Shown in pieces: positions 61,731 through 64,000 of a stretch of DNA of 64,000 nucleotides. The translations under genes and the position numbers were made by a program. The DNA is from Vicugna vicugna (lineage: Eukaryota), in contig MU057987.1 of assembly GCA_013265495.1 (NCBI GenBank), positions 372,001 to 436,000 on the forward strand, in the 5' to 3' direction. Position 1 is the stretch's first letter. Every line of letters begins with the position of its first letter. The notes under the pieces were generated by a model. The model was not told the DNA's origin. It saw only the letters and a list, made by a program, of their open reading frames with translations, and did no database searches.

Positions 61731-62379
61731 TCCTGTGCCCAGTAAAGTCAGAGCTCCGATCCTGGAATGTTCTCCTGGTACAAAGATGGCGCTAGCAGCA
61801 GCGCAGGGGATTCACACAAAGCAAAGCTCTGTCTGTTGTCTTTTGTACGTACTACCCGCGCAGGGCGTACACACAGCAGATAGTCGGTACTTATTTGCTG
61901 AATGAATGATCCTAAACCAAACGCGGGATGATTTCAAAATGACCCATTTGGAACAAACACAGACAATTTTCAAATTATGAATTGGACTGTATTCTAGAAG
62001 TTAATCTGCAAGTCAGTTGTTCAGAACAAACTTTTCCTTGTGGATACTCACATGTGTCTGTTATGACTTTAGCCACCTTTTAGACTGTGTGGACCTGTGC
62101 TGTTTTTAGATTCGTTCAGGGAAAGGAGATTCCAGATGGAAATTCCTACTTTCTCTTCCTACTGTGGCATTTAGTTGGGTAACTGGACCTTATTACTGAG
62201 ATACTTCACTTGCTCTACTGAAGAGCCAGGCACGTTAAAAAAGCAAAAACAAAAACACACCCATAGACATGAACACAAAGAACTCACAGAACACCCAACT
62301 TAGAGCAACCAGTATCCTCACTTTTTGCATGTGATCAGCACCGGGAGGCGTCTTGGTAACCCCCTCCCAGAGGCAGAAA

Positions 62380-62640
62380 GGGGCTTCCCAGAGAAGGGGG
62401 TGTCTGGGCTGAATCTGAAGGCTCAATGGGTGTCTTACTGGTGGTCAAGAAGGAAGGGCTTTGCAGGAATTCAGTCAGAGTTAAAACCGTGATGCTTTTG
62501 AGGAGCTAGAAATAGTTTGGGGGCTGCAGCACAGGAAGGGAATGGGTGGGGACAGAGGACAGGAATCAGATTACAAACAGCCTTATCCGTGACGCCGAGG
62601 GCCTGAACTTTACCACTGAGAAGGGAAGACTGTCAGGGAT
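62380..62640 (-). mobile_element. L2 fragment
   Basis: 'gggcttcccagagaagggggtgtctgggctgaatctgaagg...cagattacaaacagcctt...ctgaacttta'. Confidence 0.55.
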
Positions 62641-64000
62641 GGGATGGAATCCCACAGAAAGTGCCGCTTCAGGGACTGGCCGGAACGTTCAGTTAAGATT
62701 CTGTGGAAGGACACGGAAGCCAGAATTCCCGCTTTAAAAAAGTGCAGTTCCTACACCTGCGTTCAAAAGATTCACTGTGTCTTGAAACCCGATAACCATG
62801 GGGATAACTAAACAACTTCTCATAATGACGAAAGCTACATGAGAAGTGGCACCATCAGGCCCTCTTACGTATCAAAAAGGTCTAGTTACATACATATTCC
62901 TGCTAATTCCCCTAACCAGCCCTATATATAAATAAGCTGGAAAAGGGAAAAGTCAGGGCACATTTTTGTACGTAAAAGAGTTCCCGGCACTGTTTTTGCC
63001 TTCCAGGAGCTTTTGAATCACGTCTGCTGTAAATAAACCTGTTACCTATTTAACAGAAGTAAATAGATACTTCAAAAAGCAGCGTGCATTTCAGAAATAG
63101 ATAGTAATGAATATCTGTAAAGACAGATAAGCTAATTCTGTTTCAAAGCTTTTTCTACAAACTGTAGGACCATCTAAAAACCGAAGGCAGATTATGTAGA
63201 CGTAACATATGACTATTTCAAGGAAGCCCAGGAAATGAGTCTTGTCAGCACATGACTGAAGGCAATAAATACAACAGCCGCATTCCACTTTGTAACGGAC
63301 TGAGACCAACTCTGATCTTGGAGATACTTAATGGGAGGCTACGGCCAAAGAATGAGTACAGCCATATATTCACCATCAGTATCGATATGTATCAATCTCT
63401 GATACGAACAATAAAAATTCGATAGGAGAATGGCAGTAAAACCGTAGGTGTGATCAAAAAAAGCAGCGTAAGTCATTTTACTTCAAAACTTAAGGATTAA
63501 ATGTAGCAGAATGCTTGGTCAGTAATGAAACAGAAGAAAGCCACAATAATTTTGACAGTGAAAATCATATCTGTTATATTCAATAGAGAATTAGCTGCCT
63601 TTTACAGAAGCTCTTAAAACTCCTCAACTAGACAAGTATTTAAATCGCTCAAATAATATTTAATTTAGCTGTTGTTCCTACTAATCTCATTTGCTGGAAC
63701 TCTCTCCAGTCATTGAGTAGGCAATGAATTCTCCTTATTTGTAGGATTCAAAGGGTACAGAGTGAAGAAAATGAAAGTAAACTATTATTACAGATACCAG
63801 GGCCAATAAATGAAATTAGAATTCACTATAATATTGTTAGCCTATTTATTCCTTGTAATCTAGGGGAAAATCCTTTCGGAGAGTATGCGGCTAACACTGA
63901 TAATATATATGGATGTCAGTTACAAACGCAGAATATTAACGGGCAGATCTCTTTTGGGTTGATCAAATCTACCGCCTCTGCTCTCTGTTACTGAAGCCAC

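Larger units (their letters stand above)
55608..64000 (-). other. CDH2: Last intron of CDH2 (partial; upstream exon lies beyond the window)
   Basis: Acceptor 'tctccctcccttcccttgcctcccaaaatgcag'. I did not see the penultimate exon (…PHPGDIGDFINE) in the window. Confidence 0.85.

Noticed and set aside
1..64000. CRISPR arrays, operons, prokaryotic or viral systems, or a novel multi-gene system
   Set aside because: No regularly spaced repeat-spacer array, no long ORFs (maximum 134 aa), and no foreign-composition block. The content fits a mammalian CDH2 3' flank.

Overview
Mammalian genomic DNA, most likely a camelid: it carries a vic-1-like tRNA-derived SINE and a camelid-type L1 3' tail. The only supportable protein-coding sequence is the last coding exon of CDH2 (N-cadherin) on the minus strand (55401-55607). 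Its ~1.2 kb 3' UTR ends at a polyA signal at 54211-54216, and ~8.4 kb of the last intron lies above it. The other ~54 kb is downstream intergenic DNA rich in decayed L1, L2, MIR, LTR and DNA-transposon copies, with several repeat-poor, motif-dense blocks that could be enhancers. I found no new multi-gene system. The most unusual item is a 41-bp insert flanked by 16-bp target-site duplications (TSDs) that looks like a tailless retrocopy of the 5' half of initiator tRNA-Met (28988-29028). Also notable are several ultra-short TSD-flanked L1/poly(A) insertions, an intact ERV1-type solo LTR, a DR4 plus DR0/DR2 nuclear-receptor element pair, and local CpG excess. Repeat family names come from recalled consensus sequences. 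Boundaries without TSDs or TIRs are approximate.
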